32,000 bases of DNA. Source: Acaryochloris marina MBIC11017. Its GTDB lineage: Bacteria; Cyanobacteriota; Cyanobacteriia; Thermosynechococcales; Thermosynechococcaceae. Below the pieces are notes generated by a model. It was not told the DNA's origin. It did no database searches and saw nothing but the letters and a program-made list of their open reading frames with translations. Position 1 is the stretch's first letter. The number at the start of each line of letters is the position of its first letter. This document shows, piece after piece, positions 7,958 through 17,142 of this stretch. Made by a program: the position numbers and the translations under genes. Location of the stretch: contig NC_009925.1 in assembly GCF_000018105.1 (NCBI RefSeq), positions 6,471,725 through 6,503,724 on the forward strand. The letters are read 5' to 3'.

Positions 7958-10900
7958 TTATTGACTTGTAAACATCAGAGTTCTGATTTTCCACGGGGCT
8001 ACGACATTCGGACGATCCATCTCATAATTCGTTTCTAATAAATCAATAGTTTGTTTGAAATGGAGGTTCAAATCGTTCGTGACAGCCAATGGTGCTTCCT
8101 CTCCATGGCATTCATAACAACGCATCACCCAGGCTTTAGGCTGATCCTCAGATCTCTTTAAGGCCATCAGCACTAAATTATCTGTCCCTAGCGATAGGAA
8201 CTGATTTTGCAGTAGTCGTCCCTGCTTTTGTTGATCTAATGAAATCAACGTCCGGAGAGGGCGATTGATTTCGTATCCCTTGTGGGTGGTTCGGGCTGTT
8301 TGCCAGGAACCTGCATGGGGGTAAATGGCATAGGTAAATTGATGATGACCGCGATCGCATCCTGGATCCGGCCAATTCGGACTACGTAATAACGTCAAAC
8401 GCAGTTGGTCAGGCTTAGCATCGTAACCATACTTACAGTCATTCAAGATGCTTACCCCAGCCATTCCATTTGCATCTGTTAAATCAGCCCATTGCAAGGC
8501 TGGCACTTCCCATTTCGCCTGTTCTCTATCGTCTAGCTGAGGATTCGGCAAAGTAGGTCGCTGAATCGCACCACAGGGAATTTCGTAGGTGGCAGAGTCA
8601 GACGATATTGTGAGAGGGAACACCGTTTTGACCAGTACTTGACTTTCTTGCCAATCTACCGTGGTTTCAATTTTGAGTAATGGTGCATCCGTATCGAGCA
8701 CATAGTCCTGGCAAAATTGGGATTGACCAAACTGGAGTTTAACCCGCAATCGTTGTTGTAGTGGACCTTGACTCAACCATTCAATGGATTGCAAGGTTGC
8801 TCCCGGTAGTCGCTTGTGTTCGTAATTAGGGTCTATGTTCCAAGCATCCCAATATTGGCCTTTGTCGGTGAAGAACTGGAGTTGATTCCCTGGGCCAGAC
8901 AACATTTGGCGTTGGGTTGCTTTGTCATAAATTTGAGCTAGCTCTCCAGTTGATTCATTAACTTGCACCTGTAAATAGTCATTTTCCAAGATCCAATTTT
9001 TAGGTGCAATGTCGGGTTGATCAGGTTTAGCGCTTACTAACGGGGATAACCAATAGAGCTGATACCCCACTGAAGGCACTGCAGCTATAAACCCTAAGGA
9101 GTTAGGTTGATTGGGGTGGCGCTGAACGGGCTGCGTTTCTCCCTCAATGGTGGAAATTTGCCATCGTTTCTGAGTGTCAGGCAGTTCTACCCACACTAAT
9201 TCAGACCGTGGCCAGTTCAGAGAATTAAACACAATAACGGGAAGGCTATCTGAGGTGGGAGCTTGAGGAATGTCAATCGCGCTTGCGATCGCATCCAACG
9301 CAATATGCAAATGTTCGGTTGCAGTCTGTTTGGCTGATTCCCAATCGCAATTGGCATCCACAAAAACTTGAGGGATTGAAGACCCTGGCAAGATATCGTG
9401 GAACTGGTTGAACAGGACCTTCTTCCAAGCTTGTTCTAGGTCATCTTTGGGATAGGAATGATCGAGGGTGAGGGTTGCGATCGCATTCCACAATTCAGCC
9501 TCGTACAGCAGCTTTTCGCAATCACGGTTGTAATGTTTTTGATCTGCATGGCTGGTGTAACACCCCCGATGCAATTCTAGGTAGAGTTCATCATCCCAAA
9601 CGGGTACCTGTTGAATCTGAGTTTCCACCTGTTGGCAGAAACGTTCAGCTGTGGTTGGTTGGAGCTTTGGAAACAGGGAAGATTGCTGCCACTGACGAGC
9701 CACTTCCAGCATGTCACGGGTTGGACCCCCACCATGATCACCAACCCCCGGCAACCATAGACAGTCTTTCACTCCCGTTGCCGATTCCCATCCCTGGGCA
9801 TAGGTTCCCATTTTGACGGGGTAAATCTGCTCTCCAATGGGAGGCAACATAATGCTGAAAATTTCAGTACCATCTGGCGATCGCCACTGAAATACTTCAT
9901 AGGGAAACTCCGTGGTATCGTTCCACCGCAGTTTCTGGGTTAAAAAATAGTCAATCCCACCCTGCTTTAGAATTTGGGGGAGCTGCCAGCAGAATCCAAA
10001 ACTATCGGGAAGCCAAGCTGTCTTGCTGATGCAGCCGAATTTTTCTTGGGTATACTTTTGCCCATATAGAACTTGACGAACTAATGATTCGCCACTGATC
10101 AAGTTTAATTCTGATTCTACCCAAAGCCCGGCAGCTATCTCCCATGTCCCTTTATCGACTTGTGCTTGAATTTGAGCAAACAGATCTGGACGGTTCTGCT
10201 CGAACCAAGCATAAAGAGCTGGGGAGGAATGGCAGAAAATAAGTTCAGGGAAATCCGCTTGTAAATTAAGGACCGATTTAAATGTTCGTTCTGCGGCTTC
10301 CCAGGTTTCTGCTACGGGCCAGAGCCACGCTAAATCCAAATGGGCATGACCAATCCAGTTGATTTGGCGCTGCTGTAACCAGGTTTTCCAAGGAGCAAGA
10401 TGTTGATGAAGTTGGTTCAAACTAAGGCTAAATGCTTCAGGATCATTGACATGGGACCAGTTGATGGCGTTAATGGCTTTATTTAGAGAGGCTAATTCTT
10501 CTGGCGCAAATTTTGTGAGATAACCTTGTAATACAGCCAATTCATCGGCGACTTTACCTGGATCAAGAAGAGGAGGTGGGGGTTCGTATATCAGTTGAGA
10601 GCCCACTAATGCCCCTGGATCATGACCAGGGCTAACCAGTCGCAGGGCAACCGTAATTTCCTCCCCAGGTTGAGCCGCAGAACTCAAAACAATCCGAGCC
10701 GTACAGTCGTATAAATCTCCTGCTTGGACCAACGCTCCGTTGACAAAAATTTCGGCTTGTTCTGCCCACCAAGTCAGAGCCAGCCTCAGCTTGCAGTCTG
10801 CTAGAGGGTAACGAAATTGATCATTGGGGATGGAGATAACCTGTCCCAGCCACAGCACTAAATGACCTTGGGGCCAGTCAATATGCTCCCTAGCATTTAA

Positions 10901-11083
10901 TTGTCTCGGCGACCATGTTTGCCAAGTCTGTGGATTAAGACCTTTTTCGACAGGCAGATCATCTAAACAAGCTTGCCAATTGCCTTGAATATTCAACTGA
11001 GTCAGCTGATACAGTTTCAACATCGCGGAATCAACAAGGTTCTCCTGCTCAAGGGGGTGTTCTGGAGTGGACTTTGACTGCAT
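7958..11083 (-). CDS. GH38 alpha-mannosidase
   Basis: 1041-aa ORF. It carries GHAHLDLAWLWP (the GH38 N-terminal metal-site motif) and AWLPDSFGF (catalytic nucleophile context). Size and domain order fit bacterial cytosolic GH38 enzymes. Confidence 0.9.
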   Translation of the reverse strand: MQSKSTPEHPLEQENLVDSAMLKLYQLTQLNIQGNWQACLDDLPVEKGLNPQTWQTWSPRQLNAREHIDWPQGHLVLWLGQVISIPNDQFRYPLADCKLRLALTWWAEQAEIFVNGALVQAGDLYDCTARIVLSSAAQPGEEITVALRLVSPGHDPGALVGSQLIYEPPPPLLDPGKVADELAVLQGYLTKFAPEELASLNKAINAINWSHVNDPEAFSLSLNQLHQHLAPWKTWLQQRQINWIGHAHLDLAWLWPVAETWEAAERTFKSVLNLQADFPELIFCHSSPALYAWFEQNRPDLFAQIQAQVDKGTWEIAAGLWVESELNLISGESLVRQVLYGQKYTQEKFGCISKTAWLPDSFGFCWQLPQILKQGGIDYFLTQKLRWNDTTEFPYEVFQWRSPDGTEIFSIMLPPIGEQIYPVKMGTYAQGWESATGVKDCLWLPGVGDHGGGPTRDMLEVARQWQQSSLFPKLQPTTAERFCQQVETQIQQVPVWDDELYLELHRGCYTSHADQKHYNRDCEKLLYEAELWNAIATLTLDHSYPKDDLEQAWKKVLFNQFHDILPGSSIPQVFVDANCDWESAKQTATEHLHIALDAIASAIDIPQAPTSDSLPVIVFNSLNWPRSELVWVELPDTQKRWQISTIEGETQPVQRHPNQPNSLGFIAAVPSVGYQLYWLSPLVSAKPDQPDIAPKNWILENDYLQVQVNESTGELAQIYDKATQRQMLSGPGNQLQFFTDKGQYWDAWNIDPNYEHKRLPGATLQSIEWLSQGPLQQRLRVKLQFGQSQFCQDYVLDTDAPLLKIETTVDWQESQVLVKTVFPLTISSDSATYEIPCGAIQRPTLPNPQLDDREQAKWEVPALQWADLTDANGMAGVSILNDCKYGYDAKPDQLRLTLLRSPNWPDPGCDRGHHQFTYAIYPHAGSWQTARTTHKGYEINRPLRTLISLDQQKQGRLLQNQFLSLGTDNLVLMALKRSEDQPKAWVMRCYECHGEEAPLAVTNDLNLHFKQTIDLLETNYEMDRPNVVAPWKIRTLMFTSQ

Positions 11084-11357
11084 ATGCTATGCCATTGGGA
11101 CAGTGCGTAACCCGGAGAATACCAAAGATCTCTCTTTAGTCATTCAGCAGTATAGAACCCATTTATGATCTTGCATGAGTTATAAAGATTCGAAAATGCT
11201 GGACATTAACAGGTTGACTGATTGAGATGGCCCCCATTTTTTCTCAAAAATCAGATTATTCAGGCAGTTTACCCTAGCGCCAGGTAAGTAGCCCAGCCTT
11301 GAAAAGCTCAATTAGATGAAGTTGAATGAATCTACCCACACTATCGTTTAGGAGATT

Positions 11358-11774
11358 GTGAGGATGGGTGCCCGATTACGTACTTTATTGAATAGCTCAG
11401 AAGAACAGACCTTATTTGAACTGAGGACAGCAACAACAGTCCCCCAACGGGTCAAAGATCGAGCCGCAATGATTCGATTGAGTCATCAGGGGATGTATGT
11501 AGAGAAAATTGCAGCCCTATTCCAGTGTAATGTTCGGACCGCTCGCCAAACCTTTCATCGCTGGCAACAGAAAGGATTAGGAGGGCTATGGGATGCACCA
11601 CATCCGGGTGCTCAGCGACGGTGGCACCCTGAAGATATTGAGTATCTCGAAACCTGTTTGCGTCAGGAAGAACGCACCTACAATAGCCAACAACTGTCTC
11701 GGAAACTGGCGAAGGAGCGTAACGTTCACTTAAGTGCAGACCGCATCCGGCAGATTCTCAAAAAAAGGGGGTGA
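11358..11774 (+). CDS. IS630-family transposase, N-terminal HTH part (orfA)
   Basis: 138-aa ORF (GTG at 11358, ATG at 11364) with helix-turn-helix-like segments. It ends in ...QILKKRG* directly on the slippery run A7G5 (11760-11771). Confidence 0.8.
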   Translation: MRMGARLRTLLNSSEEQTLFELRTATTVPQRVKDRAAMIRLSHQGMYVEKIAALFQCNVRTARQTFHRWQQKGLGGLWDAPHPGAQRRWHPEDIEYLETCLRQEERTYNSQQLSRKLAKERNVHLSADRIRQILKKRG

Positions 11775-11851
11775 TCTGGAAACGAACTCGCCATAGTCAC
11801 TGACATAAGCAAGACCCTGTTAAGAAAGCTATCAAACTCGCTGATTTAGAG

Positions 11852-12379
11852 ATGTTGCAGTGGGCAGCAGCGAGTAGAGGGATTGAGTTGTATTATCGGG
11901 ATGAGTCTGGTTTTTGCCTATGGATGCCCGTGGAATATAGCTATTTCTTCAAGGGAGAGCAAAAGCGGATGGAACAGACTAAACGTAAGGGAAGACGTAT
12001 CAGTATTTTGGGGCTTCTCCAACCGTTGACGACCTTTGTTTATGGGCTAGTTGTCGGCAGTTTTAATGCCGACCGTTACATCAAAATGATGGATGAGCAA
12101 GCACGCCAGGCCCAACAACAACTGGATAAAACTGGACGGATTCGGGTCATCGTTCAAGACAATGGTTCTAGTCATACTTACAAGAAAGCGAAGCAAAAAT
12201 GGGCACAGTGGCAAACCCAAGGGCTCTATTTATTCTTTCTGCCCAAATACTGTTCACAGATGAATCCGATTGAAACAGAGTGGCACCAGCTCAAAGCGCA
12301 CCAATTGAGGGGGCAAATGTTTGAGCATGAGCTGGATTTAGCCTATGCGGTGATGGATGGCGTGAAGGCTAGAGCGTAA
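11852..12379 (+). CDS. IS630-family transposase, DDE catalytic part (orfB frame; probably defective)
   Basis: It carries YYRDESGF, VVQDNGSSH and NPIETEWHQLK, the DDE triad context. The same frame read from 11765 gives [33 protein letters not shown] -1 shift on A7G5 would therefore fuse orfA and orfB, but an in-frame TGA at 11801-11803 interrupts the fusion. Confidence 0.8.
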   Translation: MLQWAAASRGIELYYRDESGFCLWMPVEYSYFFKGEQKRMEQTKRKGRRISILGLLQPLTTFVYGLVVGSFNADRYIKMMDEQARQAQQQLDKTGRIRVIVQDNGSSHTYKKAKQKWAQWQTQGLYLFFLPKYCSQMNPIETEWHQLKAHQLRGQMFEHELDLAYAVMDGVKARA

Positions 12380-12510
12380 GCGGGAAACTATGAAGCAAAA
12401 CGGTTGAGATTCCCATCACGGCTCGCTGCTTCATGAGCCTTTACGTACAGACAATTTTTAAGGCTTGGCTACTTAGAACTCTGATTCTCCTGGATGAAGC
12501 TTTAAGTTTA

Positions 12511-12543
12511 TTGTTACCTTAAAATAATATTTTGAGGTAACAA
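12511..12543. other. Long AT-rich hairpin or palindrome
   Basis: TTGTTACCTTAAAATA-A-TATTTTGAGGTAACAA has 16-bp arms with one G-U position. It lies between the IS630 right end and the 3' end of the 239-aa gene. It may be a bidirectional terminator, but the U-tracts are weak. Confidence 0.3.
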
Positions 12544-12722
12544 TATATTAATTTAAATTGGCAAGTAGTTGTAGATTGATTTCTTCTCAGAACTGCTCCA
12601 AACTTGTATCAAAGAGCTACAGTTTGTAATAACTATCTAGGGTTGTTTGCCAAAGCGGTATGAACATGTTTCCCCATTGCTAGAGGAGAAAATTTTGATA
12701 ATGGGAAAGCTATAAAGATTTC

Positions 12723-13442
12723 TTAATTCTGAACGAGAATAATACCGTTCATCTGCTCTTTAATTACGCCTATGAACTGCTTCTGGTACTCTTCTTCATC
12801 AATCTCATTGATTAAGATTTCAATGAAGATGGCTAAATCTCTCCGATCTTTCAATAAGCTGATTTCAGCATAAGCATCATCATATATAAGCCCAGAAATA
12901 GGCCCTACTGCTTGCTGTAAGGCAGACTTTATTGTAGGTATCGTAGAACGTGGGATTTCAGTATATTTTGGCTCAACTGGAGTTACTAAGCCAGACTGTG
13001 CAACGGTTACAGGAGATGCATTCGATTCTGGATTCGATTCTTTATGGCCGTTAACTTCAGGGACCGTATTCTCTAGACTTGGAGCTAATGAGGCTGTTCC
13101 ATTAAGTTCACGGGGTTTGAGTGAATCCTGATGTTCCTCTAGTGACTTTGGCAGTTTGATACATAACTTTTGTAAGATTTCATTTGTTCCTGGTAGCACT
13201 CGATGAGTTTTGGAATGTTCTAGAGAATGCTTGCGCACAACAAAACTCTCAACTTCCATGCCAAGAACAGCGTTCAATGCGTTTGTACCAGACAGTGAGC
13301 CATAGCGAATATACGAGATTTCACCTTCTTTCACAGAAACCATCGCAGTATGCTTATCTTTGGTCGAGATAAGATATGTTATGTCTGTTTTCTCTTTAAT
13401 GTTCTGTAATAGTTGAAAAACTAGTTTTAGATATTCATCCAT
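12723..13442 (-). CDS. Hypothetical protein, possible DUF4388-like N-terminal domain
   Basis: 239-aa ORF in an AT-rich stretch. The N-terminal segment TAMVSVKEGEISYIRYGSLSGTNALNAVLGMEVESFVV resembles the DUF4388 pattern (G.I.......L.G..AL..VL....G.F). The middle is low-complexity Ser/Pro/Glu. The rest has no homology I recognise. Confidence 0.55.
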   Translation of the reverse strand: MDEYLKLVFQLLQNIKEKTDITYLISTKDKHTAMVSVKEGEISYIRYGSLSGTNALNAVLGMEVESFVVRKHSLEHSKTHRVLPGTNEILQKLCIKLPKSLEEHQDSLKPRELNGTASLAPSLENTVPEVNGHKESNPESNASPVTVAQSGLVTPVEPKYTEIPRSTIPTIKSALQQAVGPISGLIYDDAYAEISLLKDRRDLAIFIEILINEIDEEEYQKQFIGVIKEQMNGIILVQN

Positions 13443-14108
13443 GCTAGATATGAATGTCGATTAAGCCATTAACAAATTGTGTTCACACTCAGTTGATGCA
13501 ATGCAAGATATTTGTAGTAATTTTTCAAATATTTACTTTAAGAAAAATTCGTAACACCTTCAAAGGCAGTAGTGCAACATTGCTATTTCGATAGTCTCCG
13601 AGCAAAGGGTAATAAATCTCAGCCAGGTCAATCGATATTATCAGGGGTAGTGGATACCTCTAATATGCCCATTTTTTTTGCTATCTACAATATAATCAAG
13701 GATCAAATCAACGCTTAGCATTGCTATTTATTTAAAGATTTGAACGAATAGCAATATTGAATCTAAAGATAATTACCTCGTTTGGTAGGGTTCTGTGAAT
13801 AGGCTGTCAGTCAACAACCAGTCGCTTGTAGAAGGTGATTGTAGGCTTTTATCAGGGGTTAGTACTCTTTTTAGCTAGTTTTTTTATCAAGATGATAAAA
13901 ATCTAATGAACATCGGCTTTAGTTCAAATTTATATATTTAAACTCAACTTCACTAATGCTAAATAAATGAGGCCAAAATGACTATTTCTGTGGATCCCAA
14001 ATATACTCGAACAGCCAGACTTCCAACTGCCGAGATTGCAAGTATTGTCTCTCACTTCATGTTGGTTGACTAAACAGGCTGAGTAATATTGAAGTTGGGC
14101 TGTTTGCA

Positions 14109-15059
14109 TTATCCCTCTGGGGAAGACTCAATTAACGCCTCAATTTTCTCAATACTTTTCTCAGACATTTTGGCTTTCTTTAAGGCTAGTTGTAATGTCT
14201 GCCAATTTTGCCGTGTTGGATTTGAGATCGCAGTTTCTAACTGCCCCAACCAAACCGGTGCATTGGGTGCAACCGGCCAATCTTTTTGGCCTAGAGCAAA
14301 CCCTAGATCTCCATGCTGATGACCATTGGGTAGGGTTAACATGACATACATATACTGTTGCTCGCCATTCCATTGAAACCACCACTTATCCTGGGACTCA
14401 CTTTTACTGCCAAGTAAAACACCTTGATTGAGGTCATAAGCTGATGTATTGGGACCGATTGAGGTCGCGATTCCTTTGAAAATTAATGCAAGTGCAATTG
14501 GAACTTCCTTTTGCCAATTCGCCTGGTTGCAGGTTAAGTCTGCCAAAGTGTGGCGATACCCTAAGTCCGTTAGCTTTTCCATACTAACGGGGCCACCAAA
14601 TAGTTTTTGGGTCAGAGCAGTTCCTTCCGGAGAGTTTTCTGTTTTATCAGCGTCTGCAATGTCAGCGAAAATATCTACTAATGGTTCAATCTTAGGTGAT
14701 TTTCCTAGCATAACTTGAGCATTCTCCCCTTCTATTTGACCTATAAAGAGGATCGTATGGTGGTCTTGATCTTGAAGGACAAACACATCCGTGTACTGCA
14801 TTGCAGGGACGGGAATCTGTCGTTCAAGCCAGTTCAGCTTCCAACTTGATTGGATTGCTATATCTTTCGGCAGCGGAGCATAGGTAATTTTTGCTGCTGG
14901 TTGTTGGGATAATTCTTTTTTGACTTGCTGACACCGTTGAGGCCAATTCTCTTGACTGAAGGCAAACTCAGACCCTTGACTAGAAGCACTGGCGCAACTA
15001 GTTAGAGATAATAAGCCCAAGCCAATCCATAATTTCAAAATAGCTTTTTGGTTGTTCAT
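14109..15059 (-). CDS. Putative lipoprotein, function unknown
   Basis: The ATG at 15057-15059 gives MNNQKAILKLWIGLGLLSLTSCASAS, a signal peptide with an L-T-S-C lipobox. The track ORF extends 13 codons upstream to 15098. No family was recognised. Confidence 0.65.
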   Translation of the reverse strand: MNNQKAILKLWIGLGLLSLTSCASASSQGSEFAFSQENWPQRCQQVKKELSQQPAAKITYAPLPKDIAIQSSWKLNWLERQIPVPAMQYTDVFVLQDQDHHTILFIGQIEGENAQVMLGKSPKIEPLVDIFADIADADKTENSPEGTALTQKLFGGPVSMEKLTDLGYRHTLADLTCNQANWQKEVPIALALIFKGIATSIGPNTSAYDLNQGVLLGSKSESQDKWWFQWNGEQQYMYVMLTLPNGHQHGDLGFALGQKDWPVAPNAPVWLGQLETAISNPTRQNWQTLQLALKKAKMSEKSIEKIEALIESSPEG

Positions 15060-15193
15060 CTCTAATCCCAGATTGTTGTCTGGAACTAGGGTGCCCATCA
15101 GGAAGGACTGTTCTGTAGATTATCCTTTGGCAACCACTGCACAATTAGAGGATGCTGTTAGCGATGACAGAGAGTATTAGTTTCCAGAAAGAA

Positions 15194-15214
15194 CCCCGGC
15201 AGGAGAGGCCGGGG
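15194..15214 (-). terminator. GC-rich hairpin with a U-rich tail on the minus strand
   Basis: CCCCGGC-AGGAGAG-GCCGGGG. Read on the minus strand, the 7-bp GC stem is followed by UUCUUUCU. It sits about 135 nt upstream of the lipoprotein start, and no minus-strand gene ends nearby. Confidence 0.3.
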
Positions 15215-15397
15215 GTGGGATGAGTGACGGTTCTCTGTCGAAACAGATGTAAGGTCTAGGAAGGGTGATTTGAAAATTGGAACCACGGGTTTCAGTTGGC
15301 GCTATCATAGCCCCCTCATTTATTGAAATCTGTAAAATTGAGTACTTGGCCAATTTCCATTAGGAAGTTTTCAGGAAACACAGTCTTCCTCCGTCCT

Positions 15398-16321
15398 ATG
15401 CCCCGATTTGATACCTACCGATTGTGCATGACAGCTGAGGAAAATCAAGGTTGGAGACGGCTTATCCGTTGTCTTTTTCCGCTGACTGAACGAGTCGAAT
15501 TTCAACCTCGTACTGCCTATTACGACACTGGAGAGCAACTGCAATGGACGCCGACACAAGAATTGCAGGAGGATTTATTGGAGCAAGTGATTGTGCCTAA
15601 TCTTTCGAGCAAAATGCGCTGGTTTTTCATGACCTTCCAGCCTACATCGCAGGTATTGGACCTTCTAGTCCATCAAGTCTCCCCCCATACGAGTGATCAA
15701 TGGGGATGTCCACTGATTCCGAAGCTGTATCGGCAGGGAGAAGTATTGATGGAATGGGATCACAACTGTTTTTGGCTGAAGTTGACAGAACAGGAAGCCC
15801 AAATGCTCTATGCTACAGGGATACCTGTAAGCGGTCCCTACACCCAGCGTCGTCAATATCATCTTGAGTTACAGGATCTGGAAGCAGATTGGTTGAAGTT
15901 ACTAGATTTTTGTATCCCTAAAGCTGATCATGTTACGTTTCAGGCGGACCCAGTTACGATCTCTGCCCAGGATCAAACAGGAACTTGGCAGGAAAAGATT
16001 TGGCAATGGTCTCCATCTGCTGAATTACAGGTTGAAGGGAGCTGTTCTAAAGATGGAAAGACCTGGACCTTCCCTCTTACCTCAACGATAGAAGCATTTT
16101 TACGATCAAACGATTGTCTAGGGGAATGGCATTTGGGAAATAAACTGCCAGAAGATCCTTGCTTGTTGGCTGGGAATGAACAGATATTAATCACCGTTAG
16201 TCATGAGGAGCTGATATGGGTAAGGTTGCTGGAGTCAGAGTTTCAAGCGCTACAAGCATCAGAACTGGGAATGCTATTCCCTTATCCAGACTGTGAGACT
16301 TCGACTGGAATGAACTGTTGA
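15398..16321 (+). CDS. Hypothetical protein with an internal two-fold duplication
   Basis: The track ORF starts on TTG at 15323, and the first ATG is at 15398 (MPRFDTYRL...). The two halves align as follows:
- WRRLIRCLFPLTERVEFQ with WLKLLDFCIPKADHVTFQ
- QWTPTQELQ with QWSPSAELQ
- CFWLKLTEQEAQML with LIWVRLLESEFQAL
No family was recognised. Confidence 0.55.
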   Translation: MPRFDTYRLCMTAEENQGWRRLIRCLFPLTERVEFQPRTAYYDTGEQLQWTPTQELQEDLLEQVIVPNLSSKMRWFFMTFQPTSQVLDLLVHQVSPHTSDQWGCPLIPKLYRQGEVLMEWDHNCFWLKLTEQEAQMLYATGIPVSGPYTQRRQYHLELQDLEADWLKLLDFCIPKADHVTFQADPVTISAQDQTGTWQEKIWQWSPSAELQVEGSCSKDGKTWTFPLTSTIEAFLRSNDCLGEWHLGNKLPEDPCLLAGNEQILITVSHEELIWVRLLESEFQALQASELGMLFPYPDCETSTGMNC

Positions 16322-16500
16322 TAGGTCGTTAAACTCTGAAACTCCTGATTATCCCTCAATGTCACTGCAGTAAACGGAACCTGTGGTTGATGTTAATGTA
16401 CCGCTAATAAAGTCGAGCAATTCTTTTACCCTTAGCATTTATGAACTCTGGCCAATATTTTTTAGACGTTTGACTGAGGGTAGAAATGCAAAGCACAGTA

Positions 16501-17067
16501 TTATGATTCTTCTGGCAAAATTGCTTCTAGGTAGGGTGCAATATAGTTGCGACCCTGTTCAAGATAGTAGGGAGTAAAAAGGGACTCAAACTCTTGAGCT
16601 ACGACCTGTGTGGCGGATTCTAGCCGCTGGCGGCCATAGACCAAGAATTGTGCTGCGGATGAAGCATAGTATTCTCGCTCTGCACCCTCAATATGCTTTT
16701 TAAAGGCAGCATGATAGAGCTCGCGGACCTCATTCATCAGCTGTTCAATCGGGGGTGAGAAGTGAATAGAGTCTCCACTGGGGAGATCGATTTGCTTGGC
16801 CAGAATAAATCCAATCACGGTTCTCATACATTCACGGGTTTGGTCTACTGAAAGGCACTGTGGGTCTTGTCGGCGAAATCCCCATTGAGTGCAACCATTG
16901 GTTACTTCCAGTACTCGCAATAGGGCCAGTTTATCTAGCTCTTTGGAATCGAACTGTTCTAAGGCCAAAATATGATGCTCAACCCGGTGCTGAAAACTGG
17001 CAAAATCAGCCTCAAAATATTGTCTGAGCTCCTTGATTTGGGACAGTTTCTGCCAGTTGGGCAACAT
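16501..17067 (-). CDS. Hypothetical protein, last gene of the CIS-associated operon
   Basis: 188-aa ORF with an ATG start, 75 bp downstream of the 820-aa gene on the same strand. It looks predicted-helical and soluble, with no recognisable motif. Confidence 0.6.
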   Translation of the reverse strand: MLPNWQKLSQIKELRQYFEADFASFQHRVEHHILALEQFDSKELDKLALLRVLEVTNGCTQWGFRRQDPQCLSVDQTRECMRTVIGFILAKQIDLPSGDSIHFSPPIEQLMNEVRELYHAAFKKHIEGAEREYYASSAAQFLVYGRQRLESATQVVAQEFESLFTPYYLEQGRNYIAPYLEAILPEES

Positions 17068-17142
17068 GATGGTATTACCTCTATTGCTGCTAACAGTTTA
17101 GAGGAGCCCCCCATAAAAGACTGGGTTGTAATTATTCGTGAA

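Larger units (their letters stand above)
11285..12475 (+). mobile_element. IS630-family insertion sequence (about 1.19 kb including the TA target duplication)
   Basis: The left end is TA|AGTAGCCCAGCCTTGAAAA (from 11285). The right end read in reverse complement is TA|AGTAGCCAAGCCTTAAAAA (ending 12475). These are imperfect terminal inverted repeats flanked by TA on both sides, as expected for IS630/Tc1-mariner elements. The interior holds HTH and DDE transposase reading frames. Confidence 0.85.

Noticed and set aside
7838-8038. 66-aa plus-strand ORF in the convergent gap after the GT26 gene
   Set aside because: It starts on a non-ATG codon, overlaps the 3' end of the mannosidase gene, and has no motif and no ribosome-binding site.
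9475-9816. 113-aa plus-strand ORF inside the GH38 gene. Similar antisense ORFs occur at 766..981, 816..1028, 1248..1451, 17154..17402, 17943..18188, 20480..20767, 27303..27605 and 31391..31729.
   Set aside because: All lie fully inside much longer ORFs with recognisable protein families on the opposite strand. Their translations are low-complexity and Arg/Pro/Ser-rich, as is typical of shadow frames.
13978-14073. 31-codon ORF (MTISVDPKYTR...) as a confident gene call
   Set aside because: It has a plausible GAGG upstream, but it is too short to judge from sequence alone and has no recognisable motif. I kept it only as a note within the AT-rich segment finding.
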